From contig NC_092670.1 of assembly GCF_964355755.1 (NCBI RefSeq), positions 23,174,795 through 23,238,794 of the forward strand: DNA of 64,000 bases, in the 5' to 3' direction. Source of the DNA: Antedon mediterranea (lineage: Eukaryota; Animalia; Echinodermata). This document shows positions 12,317 to 26,600 of the stretch, in pieces. Numbering within the stretch: the stretch's first letter is position 1; the number at the start of each line of letters is the position of its first letter. Made by a program: the position numbers and the translations under genes. Below the pieces are notes generated by a model. That model saw nothing but the letters and a program-made list of their open reading frames with translations, made no database searches and was not told where the DNA came from.

Positions 12317-15300
12317 GATCCTGACAATAACAAGAGGTTATCCGCCAAGTGCGGATAACCAACTAGATTTGAACTCGTCACTTTGACGAGTTCGGGTTAT
12401 CCGCGCAAACGCAACATGCACATACGTTTAAAATATATGAACGCCGATAATTATTATGCCATCCTATGACATGAATTAAATATGTTTACAGTGCTGAATT
12501 GTACCTATTTTGTAGCATACATCATATTACAGTGTTTACAGAATACACTGTATATGTTATATACAGTGAAGCATAGACGGAATTACGAGACCCATCTTTT
12601 AAATCTAATTATTAACACGATGACTTCATCAAATTGACATATAAAAACAACAATTTTAGAAGATAATTATCTAATTAATTACATTAATACAAATTTGAAA
12701 AATTTTGGGCACGTAAAAGTGAGATGCGCTCTCGTTTAAACGCAATGAACTTTTACGCAAGAGGTGAAAATACGACTTTTTTTATTCAATTGGCCATATG
12801 ATGACGTCACAACATCTGATTGGCAAAATGTTCACATGATTTCGTATCTACAATCCAATAGCTTCCAGAAAACGTTTTAATCATGATTATCACTTTTTAT
12901 TCAGACGAGCTATAACAGAGTAAAATTTACTGTAAAGATGAAAATAAATGACCCACGTTATTTACATTTTTAGACATGATGCCGTCATAACAATTAACAT
13001 ATTTTTATCTCATGCGAAAGATAATTGATTGACGTAGACAATAATAAAATCTCGGGGGAAATGGAATTCGTATGAGCGAGATGCGCTTTGTTGAATGTGA
13101 TGAGCAATAACGAAATAGACAAAAATCCTATATTTTATATTCGAGTGGCCATATGATGACGTCACAATGTCCGGTTAGCCATTTTCATGCATGATTTGAT
13201 ATCTACAACTCATCTACTTCCAGAATCTGAAATTTTAAAAATGTTCACCACGGAGTTTAGAATCTATGACAGTTTAAAAAAAGGCATAATTTTGACAAAT
13301 TTTTGAACTTTTTCATCAAAAATGCGCGCAAATTGTTTAATTCTACGTGCTCGTATGACGTGATTTTAAGTCGAAATTGATTTAAAATTGATCAATTTAC
13401 TAGAAAAGGCTGAAAAAACAAAAATCAAGCAAAAAAAAGATGTTTTTGCGCTATGTGCGCACGCGCGCGTAAAAAAATTGCGCACGCGTGGGAATTTTTG
13501 AAATGCTCAAAATGACATGAAACGCGTAGAAAGTTGATTAGAAATTGATTTTTCGCATTTTGAAATTTCAAACGCGCGTGCGCGCGTAACCTTTTGTGAA
13601 ACATGCCATTTTTAATCCATAGAAAGTTTGCGCATGATATTACTTAAATTTACACAAAGTTTCAATACAAAATGACTTTTGGTTTTTAATCTATGATCAA
13701 TCATTGAAATTCATAAAATCGCGCGTAACTTACGCTGCGCAAATCTAAATTCATTAAAAAAAGTTTCTTGCACATCTACAGCTACAGGGCAATCTTTTGA
13801 CAAAGTTAAACAATTTTATGTTAACCAGAATTAGAGATATGCCACCAACAAAATTCGGGGAAAGAAAGAAGAATAACATAGAAAAAAAAAAAAAAGATCC
13901 TGACAATAACAAGGGGTTATCCGCCAAGTGCGGATAACCAAAAAAAAATAAAAACTAGATTTGAACTCGTCACTACGGACGAGTTAGGTTATCCGCAGCG
14001 CAAAAGCCACGTGCACGTCATACGTTGGAATAGTGCGCGCAGAAAAACGATTATGCCATTGAAAAAAATGTTAGTGCGCTCTCTATTTTGCGTCACGTCT
14101 AAGTATATACAGTTTACACTATATATTGTATACGTACTACATACAGTGAAGAATAGGTGGAAATAAGTGGCCCAAGTTATTGACGCTTTTGGACATGATG
14201 ACTTCATCACAATTTTAAAAATGGTGAATCATGCGAAAGATAATTGATTGGCCTAGACAATATAAAACAAATGGGGGAAAATGGAATACGGATAAGTGGA
14301 GATGCGCTCTAATAAATGTGATGAGCTATGACGAAAGAGATAAAAATCCGCTATTTTATATTCGAGTGGCCATACGATGACGTCACAATGTCCGGTTAGC
14401 CATATCGATACATGATTCGATATCTACAACTCATCTACTACCAGAATATGTAATTATAAAAAAGTTCACCACATAGTTTAGAATCTATGACTGTTTAAAA
14501 AAAGGCATAATTTTGACAAGTTTTTGAACTTTTTCATCAAAAATGCGCGTAAATTGTTTAATTCTACGTGCTCGTATGACGTGATTTTAAGTTGAAATTG
14601 TTTGAAAGTTGGTAAATTTACTAAAAAAGACAGGAAAAACAAAAATCAAGCAAAAAAATGATGTTTTTGCGCTACGTGCGCATGCGCGCGTAAAAAAATT
14701 GCGCACGCATGGGAATATTTCAAATGCTCAAAATGATATGAAACGCGTAGAAAGTTGATTAGAAATTGATTTTTCGCATTTTGAAATTTTAAACGCGCGT
14801 GCACGCGTAACTTTCTCTAAAACATGCCATTTTCTCTCCACAGAAAGTTAGCGCATGATATGACTTAAATTTTCACTAAGTTTCAATACAAAATGACATA
14901 TAGTTTTTATTCTATGATCAATCATTGAAATTCATAAAATCGCGCGTAATTTACGCTGCGCGACTCAAAATTCATAAAAAAAAGATTCTTGCACATCTAC
15001 AGCTACAGGGTAATCTTTTGACAAAGTTATACAATCATATGTTGGCCAGAATTAGAGATACGCTGCCAACAAAAAATGGGAGAGAAGTGTGTAAAGAAAG
15101 AAATAAATACTAGATTTGAACTCGTCACTACGGACGAGTTAGGTTATCCGCAGTGCAAAAGCCACGTGCACGTCATACGTTAGAATAGTGCGCGCAAAAA
15201 AATAAAACGATTATGGCATTGAAAAATGTTAGTGCGCTCTCTATGTTGCGTCGCGTCTAAGTATATACGGTATAACACTATATACTGTATACGTACTACA

Positions 15301-18300
15301 TACAGTGCAGAATAGGTGAAAATAAGTGACCAAAGTTATTGACGCATTTGAATATGATGACGTCATCACAATTTTTAAAATGGTGGATCATGCGAAAGGT
15401 AATTGATTGATCTAGACAATATAAAAAAATTGAGTGAAATGGAATAAGGATAAGTAGAGATGCGCTCTATTAAATTGACGAGCTATGACGAAAGAGAAAA
15501 AAATCCTATATTTTATATTCGGGTGGCCATACGATGACGTCACAATGTCTGGTTAGCCATATCAATGCATGATTCGAGAAAAACAACTCATCTACTTCCA
15601 GAATCTGAAATTTTAAATATTTTCACCTCGGAGTTTAGAATCTATGACTGTTTTAAAAAAGGCATAATTTTGACGAATTTTTGAACTTTTTCTTCAAAAA
15701 CGCGCGCAAATTGTTCAATTCTACGTGCTCGTATGACGTGATTTTAAGTCGAAATTGATTGAAAATTGGTAAATGTACTAGAAAAGGCTGAAAAAACAAA
15801 AATCAAGCAAAAAAAAGATGTTTTTGCGCTACGTGCGCACGCGCGCGTAAAAAAATTGCGCACGTGTGGGAATTTTTGAAATGCTCAAAATGACATGAAA
15901 CGCATAGAAAGTTGATTAGAAATTGATTTTTCGCATTTTGAAATTTCAAACGCGCGTGCGCGCGTAACTTTTTGTGAAACATGCCATTTTTAATCCATAG
16001 AAAGTTTGCGCATGATCTCACTTAAATTTTCACAAAGTTTCAATACAAAACAACTTTTAGTTTTTATTCTATGATCAATCATTGAAATTCATAAAATCGC
16101 GCGTAACTTACGCTGCGCAACTCCAAAATCGTCCAAAAGCTTGGCTGCACATCTACAGCTATAGGTCAACCTTATGACAAAGTTATACAATCTTATGTTG
16201 GCCACAAGATAGAGATGTGCTGCGAACAAAATTCGGGGAAAGAAAGAAGAATAACATAGAACTAGATTTGAACTCGTCACTACGGACGAGTTAGGTTATC
16301 CGCAGCGCAAAAGCCACGTGCACGTCATACGTTAGAATATTGAGCGCAAAAAAAAAAACGATTATGGCATTGAAAAATGTTAGTGCGCTCTCTATTTTGC
16401 GTCGCGTCTAAGTATTATACGGTATAACACTATATACTGTATACGTACTACATACAGTGCAGAATAGGTGAAAATAAGTGACCAAAGTTATTGACGCATT
16501 TGAACATGATGACGTCATCACAATTTTTAAAATCGTGGATCATGGGAAAGATAATTGATTGATCTAGACAATATAAAAAAATTGAGTGAAATGGAATAAG
16601 GATAAGTAGAGATGCGCTCTATTAAATTGACGAGCTATGACGAAAGAGAAAAAAATCCTATATTTTATATTCGGGTGGCCATACGATGACGTCACAATGT
16701 CCGGTTACCCATATCAATGCATGATTCGAAAAAAACAACTCATCTACTTCCAGAATATGTAATTTTAAAAAAGTTCACCACGTAGTTTAGAATTTATGAC
16801 TGTTTAAAAAAAGGTCTAATTTTGACGATTTTTTGAAGTTTTTCATCAAAAACACGCGCAAATTATCCAATTCTACGTGCTCGTGTGACGTGATTTTAAG
16901 TCTAAATTGATTGAAAATTTATAAATTTACTAGAAAAGGCTGAAAAAACAAAAATCAAGCAAAAAAAAGATGTTTTTGCGCTATGTGCGCACGCGCGCGT
17001 AAAAAATTTGCGCACGCGTGGGAATTTTTGAAATGCTCAAAATGACATGAAACGCATAGAAAGTTGATTAGAAATTGATTTTTCGCATTTTGAAATTTTA
17101 AACGCGCGTGCGCGCGTAACTTTTTGTAAAACATGCCATTTTTAATCCATAGAAAGTTTGCGCATGATATGACTTAAATTTTCACCAAGTTTCAATACAA
17201 AATGACTTTTGGTTTTTAATCTATGATCAATCATTGAAATTCATAAAATCACGCGTAACTTACGCTGCGCAACTCCGAAATCGTCCAAAAGCTTGGCTGC
17301 ACATCTACAGCTATAGGTCAATCTTATGACAAAGTTATACAATCTTATGTTGGCCAGAATTAGAGATATGCGACCAACAAAATTCGTGGAAAGAAAGAAG
17401 AACATAGAAAAAAAAAAAAAAAAAAAAAAAAAAAGATCCTGACAATAACAAGGGGTTATCCGCCAAGTGCGGATAACCAAAAAAAAAAAAAAAAACTAGA
17501 TTTGAACTCGTCACTACGGACGAGTTAGGTTATCCGCAGAGCAAAAGCCACGTGCACGTCACACGTTAGAATATTGCGCGCAGAAAAACGATTATGCCAT
17601 TGAAAAAAATGTTAGTGCGCCCTCTATTTTGTGTCGCCTCTAAGTATACGGTATAACACTATGTACTGAATACGTACTACATACAGTGCAGAATAGGTGA
17701 AAATAAGTGACCAAAGTTATTGACGCTTTTGAACATGATGACGTCATCACAATTTTAAAAATGGTGAATCGTGCGAAAGATAATTGATTGACCTAGACAA
17801 TATAAAAAAAATGGGAGAAAATGGAATAGGGATAAGTGGAGTTGCGCTCTATTTAATGTAACGAGCTATGAAGAAAGAGACAAAAATCCTATATTTTATA
17901 TTCGAGTGGCCATACGATGACGTCATAAGGTCCGGTTAGCCATATTGATGCATGATTCGATATCTGCAACTCATCTACTACCAGAATATGTAATTATAAA
18001 AAAGTTCACCACGTAGTTTAGAATCTATGAGAGTTTTAAAAAAAACATAATTTTGACAAATTTTTGAACTTTTTCATCAAAAATGCGCGCAAATTGTTTA
18101 ATTCTACGTGCTCGTATGACGTGATTTTAAGTCGAAATTGATTTAAAATTGAAAAATTTACTAGAAAAGGCTGAAAAAACAAAAATCAAGCAAAAAAAAG
18201 ATGTTTTTGCGCTACGTGCGCACGCGCGCGTAAAAAAAATGCGCAAGCCTGGGAATTTTTGAAATGCTCAAAATGATATGAAACGCGTAGAAAATTGATT

Positions 18301-18640
18301 AGAAGTTGATTTTTTGCATTTTGAAATTTTAAACGCACGTGCGCGCGTAACTTTCTTTAAAACATGCCATTTTTAATCCATAGAAAGTTTGCGCTTGATA
18401 TGACTTAAATTTTCACAAAGTTTCAATTTAAAATAACTTTCGGTTTTTAATCTATGATCAATCATTTAAATTCATAAAATCGCGCGTAACTTACGCTGCG
18501 CAACTCAAAATTCATAAAAAAAAGTTTCTTGCACATCTACAGCTACAGGGCAATCTTTTGACAAAGTTATACAATCATATGTTGGCCAGAGTTAGAGATA
18601 CGCTGCGAACAAAATTCGTGGAAAGAAAGAAGAACATAGA

Positions 18641-18671
<31 letters not shown>

Positions 18672-21600
18672 GATCCTGACAATAACAAGAGGTTATCCGC
18701 CAAGTGCGGATAACCAAAAAAAAAGATCCTGACAATAACAAGGGGTTATCCGCCAAGTGCGGATAACCAACTAGATTTGAACTCGTCACTACGGACGAGT
18801 TAGGTTATCCGCCTCGCAAAACCCACGCGCATGACACCTAAGTTAGAATATTGCGCGCAGAAAAACGATTATGCCATTGAAAAAATGTTAGTGAGCCCTC
18901 TATTTTGTGTCGCGTCTAAGTGTGTACGGTATACACTATATACTGTATACGTACTGCATACAGTGCAGAATAGGTGAAAATAAGTGACCAAAGTTATTGA
19001 CGCATTTGAACATGATGACGTCATCACAATTTTAAAAATGGTGAATCATGCGAAAGATAATTGATTGATCTAGACAATATAAAAAAATTGAGTGAAATGG
19101 AATACGGATAAGTGGAGATGCGCTCTATTAAATTTGACGAGCTATGACGAAAGAGAAAAAAATCTTATATTTTATATTCGGGTGGCCATACGATGACGTC
19201 ACAATGTCCGGTTAGCCATATCAATGCATGATTCGAGAAAAACAACTCATCTACTTCCAGAATATGTAATTTTAAAAAAGTTCACCACGTAGTTTAGAAG
19301 TTATGACAGTTTAAAAAAAGGTCTAATTTTGACGATTTTTTGAAGTTTTTCATCAAAAACACGCGCAAATTATCCAATTCTACGTGCTCGTGTGACGTGA
19401 TTATAAGTCGAAATTGATTGAAAATTTATAAATTTACTAGAAAAGGCTGAAAAAATAAAAATCAAGCAAAAAAAAGATGTTTTTGCGCTACGTGCGCACG
19501 CGCGCGTAAAAAAATTGCGCACGCGTGGGAATTTTTGAAATGCTCAAAATGACATGAAACGCATAGAAAGTTGATTAGAAATTGATTTATCGCATTTTGA
19601 AATTTTAAACGCGCGTGCGCGCGTAACTTTTTAAAACCATGCCATTTTTAATCCATAGAAAGTTTGCGCATGATATGACTTAAATTTTCACCAAGTTTCA
19701 ATACAAAATGACTTTTGGTTTTTAATCTATGATCAATCATTGAAATTCATAAAATCGAGCGTAACTTACGCTGCGCGACTCGAAAATCAAAAAACAAAGT
19801 TTCTTGCACATCTACAGATATAGTTCAATCTTATGACAAAGTTATACAATCATTTGTTAGCCAGAATTAGAGATATGCTTGCAACAAAATTCGTGGAAAG
19901 AAAGAAGAAAAAAGAAAAAAAAGAAAAAAAATAAAAAAAAAAAGATCCTGACAATAACAAGGGGTTATCCGTCAAGTGCGGATAACCAACTAGACTTGAA
20001 CTCGTCACTTCGGACGAGTTAGGTTATCCGCAGCGCAAAGGCCACGTGCACGCCACACGTCAGAATATTGCGCGCAGAAAAACGATTATGCCATTGAAAA
20101 AAAAATTAGTGCGCTCTCTATTTTGCGTCACGTATAAGTATATACGGTATACGCTATATACTGTATAGGTACTACATACAGTGCAGAATAGGTGAAAATA
20201 TGTGACCAAAGTTACTGACGCTTTTGCACATGATGACGTCATAGAAATTTCAAAAAATGTGAATCATGCGAAAGATAATTGATTGACCTAGACAATATAT
20301 TAAAATGGAGGGAAATGGAATACGGATAAGTGGAGATGCGCTCTATTAAACGTGATGAGCTATGCGAAAAAGACAAAAATCCTATATTTTATATTCGAGT
20401 GGCCATACGATGACGTCATAATGTTCGGTTAGCCATATTCATGAATGATTTGATATCTACAACTCATCTACTTCCAGAATCTGTAATTTAAAAAAAGTTC
20501 ACCACGTAGTTTATAATCTATGACTTTTTTAAAAAAGGCATAATTTTCACGAATTTTTGAACTTTTTCATCAAAAACGCGCGCAAATTTTTCAATTCTAC
20601 GTGCTCGTATGACGTGATTTTAAGTCGAAATTGTTTGGAAGTTAGTAAATCTACTAAAAAAAGACAGGAAAAACAAAAATCAAGCCAAAAAATGATGTTT
20701 TTGCGATACGTGCGCACGCACGCGTAACAAAATTGCGCACGCGTAGGAATTTTTGAAACGCTCAAAATGACATGAAACGCGTAGAAAGTTGATTAGAAAT
20801 TAATTTTTCGCATTTTGAAATTTTAAATGCGCGTGCGCGCGTAACTTTCTGCGCAACCTGCCATTTTTAATCCATAGAAAGTTTCCGATTAATATGACTT
20901 AAATTTTCACCAAGTTTCAAAACAAAATTACTTTTGGTTTTTAATCTATGATCAATCATTGAAATTCATAAAATCGCGCGTAAGTTACGCTGCGCAACTC
21001 GGACTGGACCGAAAACCTTATTACGACATCTTCAGATAGAGGTCAATCTTCTGATAAAGTTATACAATGTTATGTTAAGAAGATTTTGAGATACACGCGC
21101 AACAAAATTCTGGGAAAGAAAGAAGAAAAAAGAACTAGATTTGAACTCGTCACTACGGACGAGTTAGGTTATCCGCAGCGAAAAGGCCACTTGCACGTCA
21201 TACATTAAAATATTGCGCGCAGAAAAACGATTAAGTCATTGAAACAATTTCAATGTGCTCTCTATTTTTCGTCACGTCTGAGTATATACGGTATACACTA
21301 TATACTGTATACGTACTACATACAGTGCAGAATAGGTGAAAATAAGTGACCAAAGTTATTGACGCTTTTGAACATGATGACGTCATTACAATTTTGAAAA
21401 TGGTGAATCGTGCGAAAGGTAATTGATAGACCTAGACAACATAAAAAAATGGGGGGAAATGAAATACAAATAAGTGGAGATGCGCTATATTAAATGTGAC
21501 GAGCTACGAGGAAAGAGACAAAAATCCTCTATTTTATATTCGAGTGGCCATACGATGACGTCAGAATGTCCGGTTAGCCATATTGATGCATTATTTGATA

Positions 21601-22411
21601 TCTGCAACTCATCTACTACCAGAATATGTAATTATAAAAAAGTTCACCACGTAGTTTAAAATCTATGACTGTTTAAAAAAAGACCTAATTTTGACAAATT
21701 TTTGAACTTTTTCATCAAAAATGCGCGTAAATTGTTTAATTCTACGTGCTCTTATGACGTGATTTTAAGTCGAAATTGTTTGAAAGCTGGTAAATTTTCT
21801 AAAAAAGACAGGAAAAACAAAAATCAATCAAAAAAATGATGTTTTTGCGCTACGTGCGCACGTGCGCGTAAAAAAATTGCGCACGCGTGGGAATTTTTGA
21901 AATGCTCAAAATGACATGAAACGCGTAGAAAGTTGATTAGATATTGATTTTTCGCATTTTGAAATTTTAAACGCGCGTGCACGCGTAACTTTTTGTAAAT
22001 CATGCCATTTTTAATCCATAGGAAGTTTGCGCATGATATGACTTAAATTTTCACCAAGTTTCAATACAAAATGACTTTTGGTTTTTAATCTATGATCAAT
22101 CATTGAAATTCATAAAATTGCGCGTAACTTACGCTGCGCAGCTCGAAAATCAAAAAACAAAGTTTCTTGCACATCTACAGATATAGGTCAATCTTATGAC
22201 AAAGTTATACAATCTTATGTTGGCCAGAATTAGAGATATGCGACCAACAAAATTCGTGGAAAGAAAGAAGAAAATAGAAAAAAAAAGAGAAAAATAAAAA
22301 AAAGATCCTGACAATAACAAGAGGTTATCCGCCAAGTGCGGATAACCAAAAAAAAGAAAAAAAAAAAGATCCTGACAATAACAAGAGGTTATCCGCCAAG
22401 TGCGGATAACC

Positions 22412-22442
<31 letters not shown>

Positions 22443-23628
22443 TCCTGACAATAACAAGGGGTTATCCGCCAAGTGCGGATAACCAACTAGATTTGAACTC
22501 GTCACTACGGACGAGTTAGGTTATCCGCAGTCCTATAGCCACATGCACGTCATACGTTGGAATATTGCGCGCAGAAAAACGATTATGCCATTGAAAAAAT
22601 GTGAGTGCGCTCTCTATTTTGTGTCACGTCAAGTGTATACGGTATACACTATATACCGTATACGTACTACATACAGTTCAGAATAGGTGAAAATAAGTGA
22701 CCAAAGTTATTGACGCTTTTGCACATGATGACGTCATAACAATTTTTAAAATGGTGAATCATGCGAAAGATAATTGATTGACATAGACAATATAAAGAAA
22801 TTGAGGGCAATGGAATACGGATAAGTGGAGATGCGCTCTATTAAATGTGATGAGCTATACGAAAGAGAAAAAAATCCTATATTTTATATTCGAGTGGCCA
22901 TACGATGACGTCACAATGTCCTGATAGCCATATTGATACATGATTCGATATCTACAACTCATCTACTACCAGAATATGTAATTATAAAAAAGTTTACCAC
23001 GTAGTTTAGAATCTATGACTGTTTAAAAAAAGGCATAATTTTGACAAATTTTTGGACTTTTTCATCAAAATTGCGCGCAAATTGTTTAATTCTACGTGCT
23101 CGTATGACGAGATTTTAAGGCAAAATTGATTGAAAATTGGTAAATATATTATAAAAGACAGAAAAAACAAAAATCAAGCAAAAAAAAGATGTTTTTGCGC
23201 TACGTGCGCACGCGCGCGTAAAAAAATTGCGCAAGCCTGGGAATTTTTGAAATGCTCAAAATGATATGAAACGCGTAGAAAATTGATTAGAAGTTGATTT
23301 TTTGCATTTTGAAATTTTAAACGCGCGTGCGCGCGTAACTTTCTGTGAAACATGCAATTTTTAATCCATAGAAAGTTTGCGCTTGATATGACTTAAATTT
23401 TCACAAAGTTTCAATACAAAATAACTTTCGGTTTTTAATCTATGATCAATCATTTAAATTCATAAAATCGCGCGTAACTTACGCTGCGCAACTCAAAATT
23501 CATAAAAAAAAGTTTCTTGCACATCTACAGCAACAGGGCAATCTTTTGACAAAGTTATACAATCATATGTTGGCCAGAGTTAGAGATACGCTGCGAACAA
23601 AATTCGTGGAAAGAAAGAAGAACATAGA

Positions 23629-23659
<31 letters not shown>

Positions 23660-26600
23660 GATCCTGACAATAACAAGAGGTTATCCGCCAAGTGCGGATA
23701 ACCAAAAAAAAAAAAAAAAAGATCCTGACAATAACAAGGGGTTATCCGCCAAGTGCGGATAACCAAAAAAAAGATCCTGACAATAACAAGGGGTTATCCG
23801 CCAAGTGCGGATAACCAACTAGATTTGAACTCGTCACTACGGACGAGTTAGGTTATCCGCAGCGCAAAAGGCACGTGCACTTCATACGTTAGAATATTGC
23901 GCGCAAAAAAAAAACGATTAATGACATTGAAAAAATGTTAGTGCGCTCTCTATTTTGTGTCACGTTTGAGTATATACAGTATGTACTATATACTGTATAT
24001 GTACTACGTACAGTTCAGAATAGGTGAAAATAAGGGACCAAAGTTATTGACGCTTTTGAACAAGATGACGTCATAAAAATTTTAAAAATGGTGAATCATG
24101 CGAAAGATAATTGATTGACCTAGACAATATAAAAAATAGAGGGCAATGGAATACGGATAAGGGGAGATGCGCTCTATTAAATGTGACGAGCTATGACGAA
24201 AGAGACAAAAATCCTATATTTCATATTTGAGTGGCCAAACGATGACGTCACAATGTCCGGTTCGCCATATCGATGCATGATTCGAAATCTACAACTAATC
24301 AACTTCCAGAATATGTAATTTTAAAAAAGTTCACCACGTAGTTTACAATCTATGACTTTTTTTAAAAAGGCATAATTTTCACGAATTTTTTAACTTTTTC
24401 ATCAAAAACGCGCGCAAATTTTTCAATTCTACGTGCTCGTATGACGTGATTTTTAGTCAAAATTGTTTGAAAGTTGGTAAATCTACTAAAAAAAGACAGG
24501 AAAAACAAAATTCAAGCCAAAAAATGATGTTTTTGCGTTACGTGCGCACGCGCGCGTAAAAAAATTGCGCACGTGTAGGAATTTTTGAAATGCTCAAAAT
24601 GACATGAAACGCGTAGAAAGTTGATTAGAAGTTGATTTTTCACATTTTGAAATTTTAAACGCGCGTGCGCGCGTAACTTACTGCACAACCTGCCATTTTT
24701 AATTCATAGAAAGTTTGCGCTTAATATGACTTAAATTTTCATCAAGTTTCAATACAAAATGACTTTTGGTTTTTAATCTATGATCAATAATTGAAATTCA
24801 TAAAATCACGCGTAACTTACGCTGCGCAACTCGGACGGGACCGAAAACCTTATTACGACATCTTCAGTAAGAGGTCAATCTTCTGATAAAGTTATACAAT
24901 GTTATGTTAAGAAGATTTAGAGATACACGCGCAACAAAATTCTGGGAAAGAAAGAAGAAAAAAGAAAAAAAAGAACTAGATTTGAACTCGTCACTACGGA
25001 CGAGTTAGGTTATCCGCAGCGCAAAAGCCACGTGCACGTCATACGTTAAAATATTGCGCGCAGAAAAACGATTAAGTCATTGAAACAATTTCAGTGTGCT
25101 CTCTATTTTTCGTCACGTCTGAGTATATACGGTATACACTACATACTGTATACGTACTACATACAGTGCAGAATAGGTGAAAATAAGTGACCAAAGTTAT
25201 TGACGCTTTTGAACATGATGACGTCATTACAATTTTGAAAATGGTGAATCGTGCGAAAGGTAATTGATAGACCTAGACAACATAAAGAAATGGGGTGAAA
25301 TGGAATACAAATAAGTGGAGATGCGCTATATTAAATGTGACGAGCTACGAGGAAAGAGACAAAAATCCTATATTTTATATTCGAGTGGCCATACGATGAC
25401 GTCAGAATGTCCGGTTAGCCATATTGATGCATTATTTGATATCTGCAACTCATCTACTACCAGAATATGTAATTATAAAAAAGTTCACCACGTAGTTTAG
25501 AATCTATGACTGTTTAAAAAAAGACATAATTTTGACAAATTTTTGAACTTTTTCATCAAAAATGCGCGTAAATTGTTTAATTCTACGTGCTCGTATGACG
25601 TGATTTTAAGTCGAAATTGTTTCAAAGCTGGTAAATTTTCTAAAAAAGACAGAAAAAACAAAAATCAATCAAAAAAATGATGTTTTTGAGCTACGTGCGC
25701 ACGTGCGCGTAAAAAAATTGCGCACGGGTGGGAATTTTTGAAATGCTCAAAATGACATGAAACGCGTAGAAAGTTGATTAGATATTAATTTTTCGCATTT
25801 TGAAATTTTAAATACGCGTGCGCGCGTAACTTTTTATGAAACATGCCAATTTTAATCCATAGAAAGTTTGCGCATTATATGACTTAAATGTTCACCAAGT
25901 TTCAATACAAAACGACTTTTAGTTTTTATTCTATGATCAATCATTGAAATTCACAAAATCGCGCGTAACTTACGCTGCGCGACTCGAAATTTGAAAAAAA
26001 AAGTTTCTTGCACATCTACAGCTACAGGGCAATCATTTGACAAAGTTATACAATCATATGTTGGCCAGAATTAGAGATACGCTGCGCACAAAAAATGGGG
26101 GAGAAGGATGTAAGGAAAGAAATAAATACTAGATTTGAACTCGTCACTACGGACAAGTTAGGTTATCCGCAGCGCAAAAGCCACGTGCACGTCGTACGTT
26201 AGAATATTTCGCGCAGAAAAACGATTATGCCATTGAAAAAAATGTTAGTGTGCCCTCTATTTTGCGTCACGTCTGAGTATATACGGTATACACTATATAC
26301 TGTATACGTACTACGTACAGTGCAGAATAGGTGAAAAGAAGTGACCAAAGTTATTGACGCTTTTGAACATGATGACGTCATAACAATCTTAAAAATTGTT
26401 AACCATGCGAAAGATAATTGATTGACCTAGACAATATAACAAAATGGGGGGAAATGCAATACGGATAAGTAGAGATGCGCTCTATTAAATGTGATGAGCT
26501 ATGCGAAAGAGACAAAAATCCTATATTTTATATTCCAGTGGCCATACGATGACGTCACAATGTCCGGTTAGCCATATGGATGCATGATTTGATATCTACA

